Shown one piece after another: positions 35,295 through 35,392 of a DNA stretch of 35,392 nt. Source of the DNA: Anthoceros angustus. Lineage: Eukaryota > Plantae > Anthocerotophyta. Each line of letters opens with the position of its first letter. Position 1 is the stretch's first letter. The position numbers were made by a program, and so were the translations under genes. The stretch lies in assembly GCA_010909165.1 (NCBI GenBank), contig VJWM01000367.1, positions 1 through 35,392 of the forward strand, read 5' to 3'. The notes below the pieces were generated by a model, which was given only the letters and a program-made list of their open reading frames with translations, was not told where the DNA came from and did no database searches.

Positions 35295-35392
35295 ATGAAT
35301 GCTATGAGTTTAGAAGAAAAAAACAGATGCAGGCATTACCATACAACCAGTGTATAGCGCAAAAGATATACTTCCACTAAAAGATAAAATAG
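35295..35392 (+). CDS. N-terminus of a bacterial methylmalonyl-CoA mutase-family protein (runs off the window; one 1-bp deletion)
   Basis: MNAMSLEEKK/TDAGITIQPVYSAKDILPLKDKI resembles the MCM N-terminal 'T(D/S)SGI.I(K/Q)P(V/L)Y' motif; starts 4 bp after the previous stop, operon-like. Confidence 0.5.

Noticed and set aside
34549-35392. Confirmed horizontal gene transfer or pseudogenised bacterial genes
   Set aside because: The lesions are single-base, mostly homopolymer deletions at the window end, which fits read error and chimerism better; kept only as a testable alternative.

Overview
Eukaryotic, land-plant-like window. The compact 80-170 bp introns and GC-rich coding sequence suggest a non-seed plant such as a bryophyte or lycophyte; this is inference only. 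Bases 1-3300 are mostly intergenic, with short tandem duplications. Bases 3320-11100 hold four genes: a 15-exon nucleolar DEAD-box helicase (RH7/DDX21-like, minus strand), an intronless ABCI19/21-type soluble ABC ATPase (plus), the U5 snRNP protein DIM1/YLS8 (plus, one intron) and a short protein ending in a Sororin-like C-terminal motif (minus). Bases 11700-34545 are a nest of LTR retrotransposons: a Ty1/copia RNase H end, a ~2.4 kb LTR-like segment, a Ty3/gypsy RNase H-integrase fragment, and a plus-strand gypsy element split between protease and RT. The element splitting it is a ~14.6 kb minus-strand Athila-like gypsy (19212-~33790). Its LTRs are very long (~4.25 kb) and each appears to contain a ~2.3 kb protein-coding region, while integrase runs straight into the PPT with no env-like region between pol and the LTR. 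The last ~840 bp switch abruptly to AT-rich Bacteroidota-like DNA (IscA/HesB 5' end, a conserved hypothetical protein, a methylmalonyl-CoA mutase start). Frameshifts in the right third of the window are mostly small indels, often in homopolymers. This points to unpolished long-read sequence and a probable chimeric or contaminant contig end rather than real decay or proven HGT.
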